DNA of 64,000 bases, taken from NCBI RefSeq assembly GCF_035594765.1, contig NC_085841.1, positions 77,051,574-77,115,573 of the forward strand. The letters run 5' to 3'. The notes beneath the pieces were generated by a model. The model did not search any database and was not told the DNA's origin. It saw only the letters and a list, made by a program, of their open reading frames with translations. How positions within the stretch are numbered: the first letter of the stretch is position 1; each line of letters begins with the position of its first letter. Source of the stretch: Anolis carolinensis (lineage: Eukaryota). Positions 36,576-50,018 of this stretch are shown here, piece by piece. Made by a program: the position numbers and the translations under genes.

Positions 36576-38907
36576 GTCAGTTCACATTATTGTGATAAAT
36601 AACCATTGTGATGACTATAGGCTGAAAGTTTTCCTTTGGTGCCAAGGTTTGTTCCTGTATTTCCATCTATGTTAAGTGTCCTGATGTAGGTGATTTATAC
36701 TATTTCCCAGAATTGGTTGTAGCTGTTTGATTATGATTTAAATGGTCTCATCTGTGGGCTGTAAATGAGATCTAGTTGTCTTCTGACTTTTTTTTTGGTT
36801 GGTCTGTCTTGTAGTAGATTGTTCCTGGCTGTCAGTCTTGCCTTTAGATGCATTTTTTAAACTCGAGTAGCTGTGTGTCGATTTATTTTAGCTTGAACTT
36901 TCACAGATATCAGTTGACTTTTTCAGATGCATTAGTGGAGCAGGTGATACAGTTAAAGGTATATTGGAATATAAGACTGACAGTGAAATAGGATTAGAAA
37001 GATAAAAATTGTAACTTAGATGACAAACCTTCATGAAGTAGTGTAAGACTATGAGATCTGTCAAGCAGTTGGTCCATAGTCCATACTGTAGTTTTAAAAT
37101 GCTCAAAAAGGCAGTACTAATGGTAAGGCTATGGTTATGGAAGCATTTACTTAAGTAACAGTTAAGAAAATGTCCAAGAAAGATGTGAAACAGTGCTGTG
37201 GAATGTCAATTTCTAAGGTACAAAAAGAAATACTGAAGATCTTGTTTTTGTGCAATGAATTATTTTGTCAGTGAATGGTGTAGCATCTAGGTTGGTAGCA
37301 GGATCTTGTTCCTTAATGACTATCTGTCATGTGTTCTGTTATGGATGTATATTCTGTAAGACTTGCCATCCATGTAATGTGGCATCATTTTCTAGAATAG
37401 ATTGCAGTTTGTCAATAATGTGTAGTCCCAAGCTGGAAGCTGTTATGTGTCAAAGGTGGTGTTCTATTATTTTTTGGTGTTTTTTTAATCTGTTCTGTAT
37501 TAAACTGTTTCTGTCCTGTAATAGAGCATTGCCTTGATGATTTGAGGTTTTTTAAAAATCTAATTTGATGGCTATTGTAACTTGAGAAATGCCTTGTTGT
37601 AAATCCTTGAGTTTTGAATCCCATTTTGCGGATGTGAGCACATGCAGTTTTATGACAGGGCTTGGCTGTAAATAGAGAACTAGCAGCACATTGTGTGTCA
37701 AATCTGGAGATATGTAAGTATATCGAGGGATTGTGTAGATCTCAAGAGCAAATGATATAATTGTTTTAATATGTGCTAATACATTGCCTTTAGACATTGT
37801 TAGGTGAGCATCTTGTTAATGACAAATTCAGGTGGCATTCCAATGTACACTCTCTTCTCTCTGGTCATTTCAGAAGTTGTTATTCTCTTCCTCCCTTTGC
37901 ATGACCAACCACCTCCCCCAACTTGTTGTTTCATTGCAATAGCATTCCCTCTTTGGAAAGATGTAATAGCCCTTCACCTCATGATTATTCAGTGACTAAT
38001 GGAGAAGTATTGAATTAAACTCGCACAACTGAGATGCAGAATGATTACATCATCTGCTAAATCTCTGGAAGATCCAGTGGATCTCAGCAGAAGAAGCCAT
38101 TGGTATGCAACTGCATATGGAGACAGACTGGACTCTTTTCCAGTTTCTCCCCTCCACTTTCCACCAGGTGCTGAACGACTGAGGTGTGTGTATGTGCTGC
38201 AGCAGCTAAATAGTGAGTCTGCTGGAGTGGTTTGGAGGATAGATATAGCATATCCCCTCCTATGGAACCTTTATACTATCCTGTACAAAAAGCATTATGA
38301 GTGTCATCCATGACAACATACTGCTCTTGACCAGCACAAGCAGAGAGTAGTGCAGATATCACCATAAAGTGTGTTAAGGGGGAGACCGGAAGTTCATCAT
38401 CTAAGACTGTGGTATTTATGATGAGTAATTCTCCTTTCTAAGAAACGGAGAGATTAAAAGTTTCTTCAAGTGAAGTGCATCTTGAAGAATGGCACAAACT
38501 GTGTCAAAGGCATGTAATTCCACTCACTTTGAATAATAGCCAGTGTTGTTCTCTGTTACTCGGTTCTTTTTTCTTACAGACCTCAGCTGTAGTGAGAGGT
38601 TATCTTGAGAGTTGCTAAGGATTCACAGAATATCCCAAGGACTAATTTTGCACAATTTCAAAACCTTTTTATATTGGCTCATCTGAGATTGTAGGCAGTG
38701 TACAACAGATCATAACAAAATGCATTGATAAAGCAGTGAGTAAAATTAATAAAATTAATGTCCAACAAGTTAAAATATTATCACAGTGTATTGCCTCTCG
38801 TGCCCTATCTCAAAAGGATTAGCAAACTTTTCAAATGAAATATGAATTACATGGAGATATTCACAATTCTTCTAATTTTTAAAAAGTGCTTTATTTCTGT
38901 TTTCTAG

Positions 38908-39050
38908 TTTCTTATTACTACAGGAGAAAACTTAGATTATTTGGATGGTGTTCATACAGTGTTTGGTGAAATAACAGAAGGCATGGATGTATTGAACAAA
39001 ATTAATGAGGCCTTCGTTGACAAGGATTTTGTTCCCTATCAAGACATCAG
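38908..39050 (+). CDS. PPIL4: PPIL4 exon 5
   Basis: [48 protein letters not shown]. Confidence 0.96.
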
Positions 39051-39117
39051 GTTTGACTTTATTGTATTACTAGCATATAAACCCAAAGTTGCTTGGGTAT
39101 GCATTTGGTTTGTGGCT

Positions 39118-39360
39118 TTTTCTTTCCTTTCTCCATTTCCCTCATATACTTTCTCCTTCTTCTTTTTCTTTCTTTTATTCTTCCTTTACTTTCGTTCATA
39201 CACACCTTCTTTCTTTTCTTTCATTTCCTCTTGCTTTCACTCCTACACCTCTACTTTCTTTCCCTTTTCTTCCCTTTTTTTCTTTTTTTTCCTCCTTACC
39301 TTCTTTCTTCCCTTCTTTTTCTTCATACACCTTCCTCTCCATTCAATTTTCCTTTCTTTT
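39118..39360 (+). repeat. pyrimidine-rich low-complexity tract
   Basis: T/C-rich run; produces spurious F/S/L ORFs. Confidence 0.8.
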
Positions 39361-40219
39361 CATTATCTTAAAATGTCTCAAAATATTTCCATAGCAAAAC
39401 TCCAGCCATTGGAGAGGTTCCTAAGGGGTTTCCCTGCCTATATTGGTATGTAGGCCTTCTGAAAAGGCCTGTAGAATGTATCCATGGCTATACTCCAGTG
39501 CCCTCTTGTGATTGGTTCTGAGCACTATAAGTGTCAGACTCATTGGTCAGCAGTATTCTATCAGTATTTTAATTGTGTAATGAAGGGTCTGTGTACCAAG
39601 TTTCATCCAGATGCATCAAGCCATATAGGAACCTTTGTGGAATAAACAAACATACCTACTTAAACTTAGCGATAGAGATATAAGTATCCAGACCAAGTAG
39701 CTGGATGTTAGGATATTCCCATGTGATCAAATCAAAGACCTAGTGAGTCTAATGTATGATTTCCCTCATTGGCCTGCCAGATCCTTCTAGGAATTTCAAT
39801 ACGAGGCTTTCCCACATGTTGCCTTCCAAGAACATGTATGTATGGGCATGTTACCTCTTAGCCTTGAATTTGATTTGGTTATCATTCTAAAGATTTTGAT
39901 AGATTTTACCCCATGAACTTGTCTCTCTAAACCCTTGAATCAGTGGCCATCTCTGTGTTCTGTAACATCCCAGTGAATTCCGTAAACGAATTAAGTACTT
40001 TATTTTATCTTTCATAAACTTACTGTTGCGGTTTGCGTAGTAATGTTCCACTTGCCACCACTCTGACAGAGTGACTGACTGACACCTTGGAAGTTCATTT
40101 GTCTATATCTGCTTATAGATTATTAGATGGTGGGTAGATGAGTGCGCTTTATCAACAAATACATCTACTTCACAAGTAAAAGGTGACCTGAATCTACACT
40201 TCTTATATTTCTGATTTAG

Positions 40220-40316
40220 AATAAACCATACAGTGATCTTAGACGATCCGTTTGATGACCCCACTGGTTTGACAATACCAGATAGTTCACCAGAGCCTAC
40301 AAAAGAACAGTTGGAT
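40220..40316 (+). CDS. PPIL4: PPIL4 exon 6
   Basis: [32 protein letters not shown]; |gtgagt. Confidence 0.95.
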
Positions 40317-40523
40317 GTGAGTGTTGCTGTTATACCTGTGATACCATAGAAGGGAGAGGGCGGGGAAGGGAAGAGGAAGACAAAGAGACAGAGAAATGTA
40401 ATAACACCAAGGATGTCAGTCTACTTCTCTGACTTTCAGAAAAATGAACACAAAATTGAAAGGTTAATTACGAAGATAGGGCAACAAAATATATCTTGTA
40501 ATGCATGCTGTTTAAAGAACTGA

Positions 40524-41016
40524 GGGCCCTTCCAGTCAGAGCTCAAAATGCAGGCCCTGCACTTTTACCAAACGACGTCTCAGTTAAAAGCAAATTAATT
40601 TGGAAAAACCCTACTTTATCCTGAATTAATTAGATAACCTATTAGACTTGGGCTTTCCTGAAAAGCCCAGTCTAATGGGGTATGGGCCCTGTGGGGTCGC
40701 AGTCCCAGAAATCTGTCTCTACAGCCCAGTTCGCTTTTTTGCCTCCTGGTGCATCATTTTTACGAGCCAGGAGGGCTGCCAGAGTAGCCTCATGGCAACC
40801 TGGTACGTTTTTTTTTATTTTTAAGGCTTTTTTGGCGGCGGGGGGGGGGGGGGTGTTGGGTGGCCCAAGGCCATCTCGAAAATTTTCGAAATAGCATGGG
40901 GATACCTACCTGGGAAAGCCCAGATTTTGGGGGAAGGTGTGTGGACTTAAACCCACTTCGGACCGGGTTTCTTTAACCCACTCTGAAGCAGGTTTAAGCC
41001 CTGAGTGGAAGCGCGC
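40524..41016. mobile_element. PIF/Harbinger-like MITE (degenerate)
   Basis: GGGCCCTTCCAGTCAG...CTGAGTGGAAGCGCGC inverted ends, 3-bp tga/aga flanks. Confidence 0.45.
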
Positions 41017-41835
41017 AGATATTACCTTCGTCTAGAAAGCCCTTCTTGTTTCTAGTATGTATTATATAGCCTTTATTCTATTTATTTATTTATTTATTTA
41101 TTATAGCCCGCTTTGTCTCCAAAGAAGAGACTCAAAGCAGCTTACAGTAAAATAGATACAATACAATTTAAAACCTGAAAAACATATGAACATTGAAATA
41201 GAATTAAATATTAACATTATTTAAAATAAATGGTTAAAACTTATTTTCTCTGTGATGGTAGGATACGATCTTTCAAGGACCTAATGTATTCTATAGCTCT
41301 CCTGATTTAACTATTTAAGAGACTTTCTGTGGGAGGAAGGGAAGCAGGGATGTCATAGTGGTAAATTACAGACTGATTGTAAGTGCGAAATGAGAATTGA
41401 CACATAATGTGTTTAGTGGCAATAATCTTTTTCATTGGGTTTTAAACTGTTTTAACTTCATTCTTTTAATATAATTGTTTAATTTTGTGTGGGTGTTGTA
41501 TTAATAGGGATTTTTTAGCTGCACCTTTTTTGTAAACTTTTTATCAGTCACCCTGGGCCCTATGCAGGGAGAAAGGTGAGCTATAAATGAAATGAAGACA
41601 TAATGTATGGATGACCGATATTTGTAATTCTTATGGGCCTTTCATACAGTCTTGACCACTGTTTTGTGGACACAATGAAGTGCATTTCTAGTGATCTTAA
41701 GTATATCTGTAGTTCTGTCCTTTCAAGCATGTGGGTACATTCTTTTACCTTTCTGCTGGTTTATTTAGTTACAGTGACAGAATGTGTGATTAGTATTAAA
41801 TAGCTGTTGTTTTTATTAATTTTAATATAAGACAG

Positions 41836-41952
41836 AGTGGAAGAATAGGAGCTGATGAGGAAATCGATGATTTCAAAGGGAGGTCTGTTGATGAAGTGGA
41901 AGAAATTCTAGCAGAAAAAGAGGCAAAAACACAAGCTATTCTTCTGGAAATG
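41836..41952 (+). CDS. PPIL4: PPIL4 exon 7
   Basis: SGRIGADEEIDDFKGRSVDEVEEILAEKEAKTQAILLEM; |gtaagt. Confidence 0.95.
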
Positions 41953-42649
41953 GTAAGTATGTTTGCCATATTTGCCCAAAGTAATCATCCCAAAATAAAC
42001 ATGCTTCATGTGCCCAGGATTTCATGTTAAATAAATGGAAATTGAAATTCCAACTCACTTTATGCATTTTTGCTATGTCTTGTCTCATAGCAACAATTAA
42101 CTCATGTTTTAGTGGGTGGTAAGGATAAATGGGAGAACTTTAATGTAATATAGATATATATACACACACATATATAAATGTATGCTCTCAAAATGCTCAG
42201 ATTGTGTTTAAAAAGTTCACGATTGTAAGCAAGTTTCAATAGATGTATCAATTGCAGGAACAAGAACTTCACACATAAATATGTGTCCTTATTTATAGCT
42301 GTGTATAAAATACCTTTTTTATATTATGACAAAATATCAAATAACAAGAATAATCTTGTCTTGTTCTTGAGCTACAAGTTCAGAAAAGTAGCTTGACAGT
42401 CTTCCTGCACTTTGTCACTTGGAATGTGAAATAATTGAATATTTAAAAGGGCTAAAACAATAATGTCTGTTTTCATTTATCTTCAAGGTTTCAGAATAAC
42501 AATAGATTGTTTCCATATTTCATTGCACTCTTAAACATCCTTTAAAATGTGTATTCTGCAAGCATGTCTCAGATCATAAATGTGAATTGCCAGAATTTCT
42601 GCATAAACAAGTCCGCAAATCCTATCTTGTATCGCTTTTTATACTTCAG

Positions 42650-42774
42650 GTTGGAGACTTACCTGATGCAGATATCAGACCACCAGAAAACGTGCTTTTT
42701 GTATGTAAACTTAATCCTGTAACAACTGACGAGGACCTTGAAATTATATTCTCTCGGTTTGGGCCAATAAAAAG
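42650..42774 (+). CDS. PPIL4: PPIL4 exon 8 (start of RRM)
   Basis: [41 protein letters not shown]. Confidence 0.96.
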
Positions 42775-43499
42775 GTACTTATACAAAATCTGCACAAGGC
42801 TATAGTCCAAAATTCACCGCTTACTAGTGAATCACTGAGTAGAATTATACTTCATTATTGAATCCTTGGGGGAGGTCATTTTCAGCCAGATAATTTTCTC
42901 CTCTGAAAGAACCAAATATTGATTCCTATTGCAATGTATTGGAAGAGTGTAACACATCTTTCTTTGGCATCTCAAATAATTGTGCTACCAAGCAGAAAAT
43001 ACAGTGGTATATATTTGTGAAAGTCTATCCTGGGATTATTTTTAAAGCTTAGTATACTTTCTGTTAAATATGATTTTTTTCTTAATCATCTCATTTAACT
43101 TAATTCAGACCTATTTTTCATTTTGATTTATCAACTCAAAAGTCATTTAGGTTTTTAAAGAGTGGAATGAGATACTGGGTTCCTCTAGCTAACATTGTGA
43201 ATGGAATAAATACTCCCTGGAATAGCCATATCATTTTATGATGTTTTATGAAATGTTGTATGGGAGAAATCTGTATTTAGATTGTGGATGACTATGGTAT
43301 AGAAAAGGGACCTCTGTTTCTGATTTTGAAGCATACTAAGAACACTAATATTAAAGCAGCCCTGGCAAATTGATGCAGATTGTTTCTTCGGAATTCTATT
43401 GGGGGGCGGGGGGTTCTTGTCCATTTTACTCCCCAATAGCATCTGCTAAACTGTCATTGCTTTTGATTATTAACAAGGAAAATATTCTATTTTTTTCAG

Positions 43500-43566
43500 C
43501 TGTGAAGTAATTCGAGATTGGAAAACCAGTGAATCCCTCTGCTATGCTTTCATCGAGTTTGAAAAG
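43500..43566 (+). CDS. PPIL4: PPIL4 exon 9 (RRM RNP1)
   Basis: CEVIRDWKTSESLCYAFIEFEK. Confidence 0.95.
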
Positions 43567-43659
43567 GTGTGTTACTTTGAAAATGCACTGCTGCTTAATT
43601 TATATAATGGCATATAAAAAGCTAATTTTAAAATGTGCACTGTTTCTCTTTTGGATATA

Positions 43660-44303
43660 CAGTAGAGCCCCAGTTATTCGAGATAAACAGGTGGGCCCGA
43701 TTTTGGATAACCGAATGGCTCGGATAGGGCGAGGGCTCACTGAGGGACGTCTCCCCGGATCTCCCTCGGCCAGGCCCTTGCTGGAGGAAAGAGTTTCCTC
43801 CAGCAGTAGCCTGGCCGAGGAAAACCCATGGCACGCTCCTGTCCCTCCGAGAAACGAGGAGCGTGCCATAGGTTTTCCTCGGCCAGGCCATTGTTGGAGG
43901 AAACATTTTCCTCCCAGCAAGAGCCTGGCCGAGGGAGATCCAGGGAGACGACCCTTGGTGAGGGCTCGCCCCTTGGGAAACAGCCCACGAGCGCTACTGC
44001 CTAGCAGCGCTCGTGGGGTGCTTCCCAAGGGGCGAGAGCTCGACCCAGAGAAGCAGCCCACGAGTGCTGCTGCAGCAGCGATCGCGGGGCGCTTTCGGGA
44101 CGCTTCCTCCTCCCTCTCCTTTTCTCGAGCTCCTTTCACTCGAGAGAAGGAGAGGGAGAGGCGGGGCGCTTCCGGGGCGCTTGCTCCTCCCTCTCCCTCT
44201 CTTCCCTTCGCTCGAGAGAGGGAGAGGGAGGGGCGCCCTCGGCGAGGCCTCGGGTGATACGGACGTTCGATTAACCGGAGCTCAGTTAACCAGGATTCTA
44301 TGG
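43660..44303. mobile_element. Tigger/pogo-like MITE with CpG-rich palindromic interior
   Basis: TA|CAGTAGAGCCCCAGTT...AACCAGGATTCTATGG|TA; internal inverted repeats. Confidence 0.7.
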
Positions 44304-44995
44304 TACTTTGTATACCATCTTGCTTGAAATGTTATTCTAGACATCAACACAAGATCCTTGAACACTCCCAGTACTCCATATTCAAGCTTTGTCTGTTTTG
44401 ATCTCTTAAGGATCTTAAGGATTAGTAATTGAAACTAATCTAGTGCATTGGATACAGTGTAAATTTATCAGGGAGACTTGGAGGCATAAATCTGCTGTTT
44501 ACAGAAAGAAGAGGAACTTCTGGAATGTAATAAATGATCACCTTGCAAGGGATCAGTAAAAAGGTCATGACTTTCTATGTAAAGAGATAGCACATTGAGA
44601 CCATTTTGATAGCTTGAGTGTATTCAGGTTGTGAATCAGAAGTCAGAAACAGGATTAGAGTTAATTTGCAGGATGAACATATTCTCAGTAATAATAATAA
44701 TTTGCCTGATACCCTGTTCATCCGTTACAGTGTCCTGATTTAGACTTAAGATATTTTAACTGCTTCATATTCTCATTTGTAATCATAACACTATTGCCAT
44801 AAAAACAAATAGTTCAGATGTCCACCTTAAAAGCCAGCCAGTCAGCCCTCTGAAGTGATGGAGGTCTTATTATATTGGAGAATGGGATGCTGTAGGCTTG
44901 TGTGACCAGTCCTCTCCCATCAGTGAGCAAGGCTATGAAGAACAAATGCAGGAAGCCCTTTGGGGATCTGCTGCAGTTATGAACCCTTTATCTTA

Positions 44996-45141
44996 GGCCT
45001 CTTCTACACTGCCATAAAAATCCAGAACATCTGCTTTGAATTTGATTATATGCAGTGTAGACTCATAAAATTCAGTTCAAAGCAGATAATGTGGATTATC
45101 TGCTTTGATAATCTGGATTATATACCAGTGTAGTAAGGGCC
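44996..45141. mobile_element. PIF/Harbinger-like MITE
   Basis: TTA TSD; GGCCTCTTCTACACTG...CAGTGTAGTAAGGGCC. Confidence 0.7.
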
Positions 45142-45688
45142 TTAACTTTACTCACATGCCACCAGAAATTACCTCTGTCAATCCAGATGGCTGACTGGCT
45201 TTTAAGATGAGTTTCAGAGGGAGGTGGGAAGTTAAAGCTTAGCTACGACATATTTGATAATAATAAAACTTATAATAAAACTTTATTGTAGCCCAACCCA
45301 TCTCCCTTCTGGAGGCTCGGGATGGCTCACAACAAAAAATAGCAGCCATTCAATGCCAAAAGTACATAATAAATAAACCAAATAATCTATATGATACAGA
45401 TTAACAATGGTCTTCTAGTGCCACCTATTCTTTAAATTATGTAAAAATATTGAAGTGCTTAGTATCTTGTTTCTGAATTTTATAAAGATTTTACAGTGAT
45501 AGATGGCATCATATTTTGTCAGGGCAGCTGTTGGCATTTTCTATCCTAGATATATTTGGCAGGACATAATGGTTTAGCACTTTATTAGACTGGCCTATAA
45601 CAATTCTTTTCCCATTCATATGGGAGACTTCAAAAGTGGCTATTAAGTTATTTTCTAACATGAACTTTCCCCTTAAAATTCACACCAG

Positions 45689-45800
45689 GAGGAAGACTGT
45701 GAGAAAGCTTATTTTAAGATGGATAATGTATTAATAGATGACAGGCGAATACATGTGGATTTTAGCCAATCAGTTGCAAAGATTAAATGGAAAGGAAAAG
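45689..45800 (+). CDS. PPIL4: PPIL4 exon 10
   Basis: [37 protein letters not shown]. Confidence 0.96.
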
Positions 45801-46022
45801 GTAACCTTTGTTATTTTATGTGCCCTGTCTTGAACTCTGTTATTGTAGTCTCCTTAAATGAGAAGCATTAGATGAGGACAAAAGCACCAGTATTTATGTC
45901 ACGTCTGAATTCACTTTTTATGAAGTTATTGACATTCAATATTTACCTGTTAACACCCTATAAATAGATATATCTTCTCAAATTGAATAGTATTTAGTGT
46001 CTCCAGGAAAAAAAATCCAGTA

Positions 46023-46401
46023 CAGGCAGTCTCTGAGTTACGGACATCTGACTTACGAACAACTTATAGATACATCTGGCCAGCTGGTGAGTGGTGGAGC
46101 TAGCTGTTCCTCCCTAGTCAAGGTGAAGGAGGCTGGTGAAGGAAGCTGGCAACAGGCCCCTTCACCCCTCGTCTCCAGCCATGGCTGGAGAGCTTTGGCT
46201 TCTGATCAGCCTCCCTTGCCCCTCAACAGAGCCTTGGCTGAGGAAGAATGTGAGGGAGCCTATCAGCAAGCTCCTTTCCTTCCTCCCCAGCCAACTGGCT
46301 TGAGTTTTATTTTTAAAATGTGCCTATTCCAACTTACAAACAAATTCAATCTAAGAAGAAAACTACAGAACCTATCTTGTTCATAAGTTGGGGACTGCCT
46401 G
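46023..46401. mobile_element. Tigger-like MITE (family B ends, different interior)
   Basis: TA|CAGGCAGTC...GACTGCCTG|TA. Confidence 0.75.
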
Positions 46402-47892
46402 TAGTCTGTTTAGTCCCATTGCTGCCTTGGCTATGTGTGTCCATGCATAGGAGGAAGAGAGGCATGGCTATATATGCATTTTGAAACCACTACACCTCCT
46501 GCTTTCAGGTTGTTCACTAGATATTGCCCCAAGAGGAAATCTCTGGATATTACTTGATAGTCTCATAGGCAAACTGTCAATTTGTGGAGCAGAACCCAAG
46601 GGACACCGCGGAATAACTAGAGGTGCTCCTGTACATATGTCCCAGTAAGATGAAATGCTCAATATTCTGAAGCATGGGCGCTCTTCAGTTCTTGCAAACT
46701 TTCTGGAGTCTGTTCCCTTAATCCTGTAATTCCATTGATAAGTACTGATTGTCCAAATTGTTTGCATGCTTCTAACATAATCTCTGATGTCTGCAAGGAA
46801 TGCTTGTTAACCTATATTATATCTACATGCAGATGACCTAGTACAGCACTAGTTATCTTCCTTGCTGAACGTCTGCTGCGAATTGCTGTTAATGTCAGTT
46901 GTTTATTGGTCTCCATATTCCTTCCATTACATTACTTTCTTACTTGGCAAAGCATGCCTTGCTATTCTAGACATTATGGGATAGATAGTGTATTCTAGCT
47001 AGTTTGAAAATTGAACTACAGTATTCTGTATAGTCACAGTATTGAAGTGCCAATTTGAACCATAAGATGGCAGCACTTCTTTGAGAATTTCTCTCAAATT
47101 TTGTTAGCACATGCCATCATCATCAACATCTTCATGTCACCTGTCAATCTCTAACAACTTTTTTACAGGATTTTCTTAGACATGGAATACACAGAAGTGG
47201 TTTTGCAAGTTCTTCCCTCTGGTATTTTTTTGGCAGTCTCCGATCCAAGTACTAACCAAGGCTGATTCTGTTTAGTTGTCAGGATCAGACATAATCTGGT
47301 ATCTTTCTTTAGAGCTCTGTGTGACAGGATTTAAAAATATGTGGCATGCATAACATCGACAGGGAAATGGAGAGGAAGTTGTTATTTTTATAAAGAAAAA
47401 CTGTTGACTACATTACCAGCATGACAGAACTTCTCCCCTCACTTCAACCCTTGGAGCTGCCGAAAAGTTGATGTCAAAATGTTTTCCAATCTCCATGAGC
47501 CATTTTGGGGCTTACTGGGAGAGCTTCAGTGGAGGCAGAAATTTCCACCCTCCTGTTTCCCTTTAGTTCCAGTAGCAGAACCCCAGCCTTGACTATTGAC
47601 CTAAATTCCTGTTGGATTCATCTCCTCAAAGTCTGGAATATAATGACTCATTTTATATGATTTGAACAGAGAAATCCTTACATATTTCTATTCTAAAACC
47701 TTCAGCTATTATGTATTTGTTTTAGGAGCTATTTCTCTAAGGGCAGGATTATGTCAGATATCTCCTGGAAGATTAAGATCATCCAGTGGTTACAAAACTG
47801 ACATCAAAGTGTTTTTTTAAAGAATGAGTTCTTTGAACCCTATTTGAATTCACGTTAAAAATCAACATCTCTTTGTCACTTCCTGTAAACAG

Positions 47893-47989
47893 GTGGGAAA
47901 TACACAAAAGAAGATTTCAAAGAATATGAAAAGGATCGTGACAAAACTTCTAAACTGGGTCTCAAGGAAAAAGCAAAAGCAAAACAAGA
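47893..47989 (+). CDS. PPIL4: PPIL4 exon 11
   Basis: GKYTKEDFKEYEKDRDKTSKLGLKEKAKAKQ; followed by U12-type donor GTATCCTT. Confidence 0.92.
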
Positions 47990-49034
47990 GTATCCTTAAG
48001 AATTAAATGATTGTGTGTTGTGTTAGAAATATTTTTATTATAAACATGCTTCAACTCCCATATATATGGTGTCTTAGAACTTTTGGAATGCCTTTCTGGT
48101 TTATTGCAATAATCTCACAAATATAAGTAGAAAATATTTTTAGGAGAAGAATATCAGATACTAATAAATCTGATGTAATTATAAAAAGTATTTTGTCTCC
48201 ATGTTAAATGGATTTTGCAAACATCTATAATAAATATCAGATCTCAGTAACTTCTTCTCTTAAGGCTGATAGTTTGGACGTATGAACTCACTTGCTCTTC
48301 AGTTTTTGATGCATATGTGTAAACTTAATTTATTTAGCTGCACTACAGGTTTGATTTAGAAGACATAGAAAAGTGTGCTTGTTGTTCCTTGTCTTAAACA
48401 CTGAAGACGTTCTATTGGGTCATATTGAAATCTTTTGAGCTGAGAAAGAGAATAATTCCTTCCTACAGCTGTTGTTGAAATGAAAGTGTTTGACACTGGA
48501 AAAAAATAATCCTTTATAATAAGTTCCTCAGCACAAAAACAAGTCTTTGTATTCTACCTATATGGATTATTAGGTGGCTCTGGCGGTGAGCATTTCTACC
48601 ACTGCTGCCATATGGACTACCTTTGTGGACAGACTGGCTTGACAACAGAGGAAGGTGGGCCATCACTATCAACATGACTCCCCTCTTTGAGGGGCTGAGA
48701 AGGGCAGTATATAAATATCGCAAATAAATAAACATGCAGAAGTGTTTCTCAGGACTAGTGCTCACTGCTTATACACTCCTCTTTGGAACATCAAGCTCCT
48801 ATCAGGCTTACACAGATACGTTTGAAGGGGTGTTTTAAAAAATCACTAGCTTTAAGCAGGAGGATATGAGTGCAGAGATGCATGAATCAAAGTGTTTCAT
48901 TCTTGATTTCATTCTTTGGGATCTTGTTCTATCGCATGTATACTTTCTGGAGTTGCAAGACGATTGGCTCTTATTGAAACATAACTTCCATTATGTGAGA
49001 TTTTTCCTACATTTTCCTTAACTCATTATGGCAG
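47990..49034 (+). other. PPIL4: U12-type (minor spliceosome) GT-AG intron, PPIL4 intron 11
   Basis: 5' GTATCCTT; branch site TTCCTTAAC at 49014-49022, 12 nt before the end of the intron; no poly-pyrimidine tract. Confidence 0.88.
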
Positions 49035-49170
49035 CTCAAAATATGACCTTGTATTGGACAATGAGGAGCTAGAACCCAAAATAAGTCATAGGCACTCTGA
49101 CAAGAAGAAGAAGAAACACCACCATTCAGATGACAGTGATGAGGGTCAGAAGAGGTCCAAAAAATCTAAG
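49035..49170 (+). CDS. PPIL4: PPIL4 exon 12
   Basis: (D)SKYDLVLDNEELEPKISHRHSDKKKKKHHHSDDSDEGQKRSKKSK; phase consistent with exons 11 and 13. Confidence 0.88.
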
Positions 49171-49957
49171 GTTCTGGATTCTTTCCCTTTCAGATTAAGT
49201 GTGTTTTAATTACTTTAAGTACTCTTGTTTCTGTTCTGCTAGGACAGGCATGGGCAAACTTTGGCCCTTCAGGTGTTTTGGACTTCAACTCCCACAATTT
49301 CTAACAGCCTGTTCTAGTGGGTGAGGTGGAAATCAGAGCTGCATGTTTATTAGTCACAAGTGCTTAAGATCAGTCCCAGGTATCCATGTTGCATCCCAGT
49401 CAGAAGCTCAGTTTGTTGCCTTGGTCTGTTCCTCATCTACTTAATGTGAATAGGCATCTTTATTCAAGGACTCGGCTGAAGAATGTTGTCTATGTAAGCA
49501 TATTCCCATGTAGGAGAAAGCTAGTCCTAAACATGCAGCCTTTAGTGACATGGAATTCAGTTTTACTTGGAACCGAAGGCTAAAGCAACCCATTATAAGA
49601 GTTTAATATTGTATATGTGTGTGTTTCATATAATCTTTGCTGTATAAATGAGGTGTGAAAATGTTTCCTTTACATTTCTTATGTACTACAGTTGATTCTT
49701 GTAGTGTTTGCTCTATAGGTGCTCCATGTGGTTCATCACAAACATCATTGTCAATAGATTTTCTTTCTTAATTCAAAATGTCCTTTGAGGGGGTCTCTTC
49801 CAACTCTAGTGAAGTATAGACTTCCGGGAGTCCAGTGGAGTCTTCTTTAGAGGGTTTCGGACTGAGGCTGGATGTCTGTCTGTTGGGAGCTCTTTGAGCT
49901 GTGTTTTCCTGTCTGGCTGAAGGGGGTTGGAATAGATGCCCTAAGAGAACTCTTCTT

Positions 49958-50018
49958 CCTCCTCCTCCTCCTCCTCCTCCTCCTCCTCCTCCTCCTCCTC
50001 CTCCTCCTCCTCCTCCTC
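49958..50018 (+). repeat. (CCT)n trinucleotide microsatellite, intronic
   Basis: About 20 pure units. Confidence 0.95.

Noticed and set aside
43529-44257. Longest ORF (242 aa)
   Set aside because: Starts off-frame in PPIL4 exon 9 and runs through a GC-rich palindromic MITE; open on both strands because stops are scarce
45665-45688. U12-like branch sequence (ccccttaaa) before PPIL4 exon 10
   Set aside because: The matching donor of intron 9 is GTGTGT, not GTATCC, so it is a U2 intron
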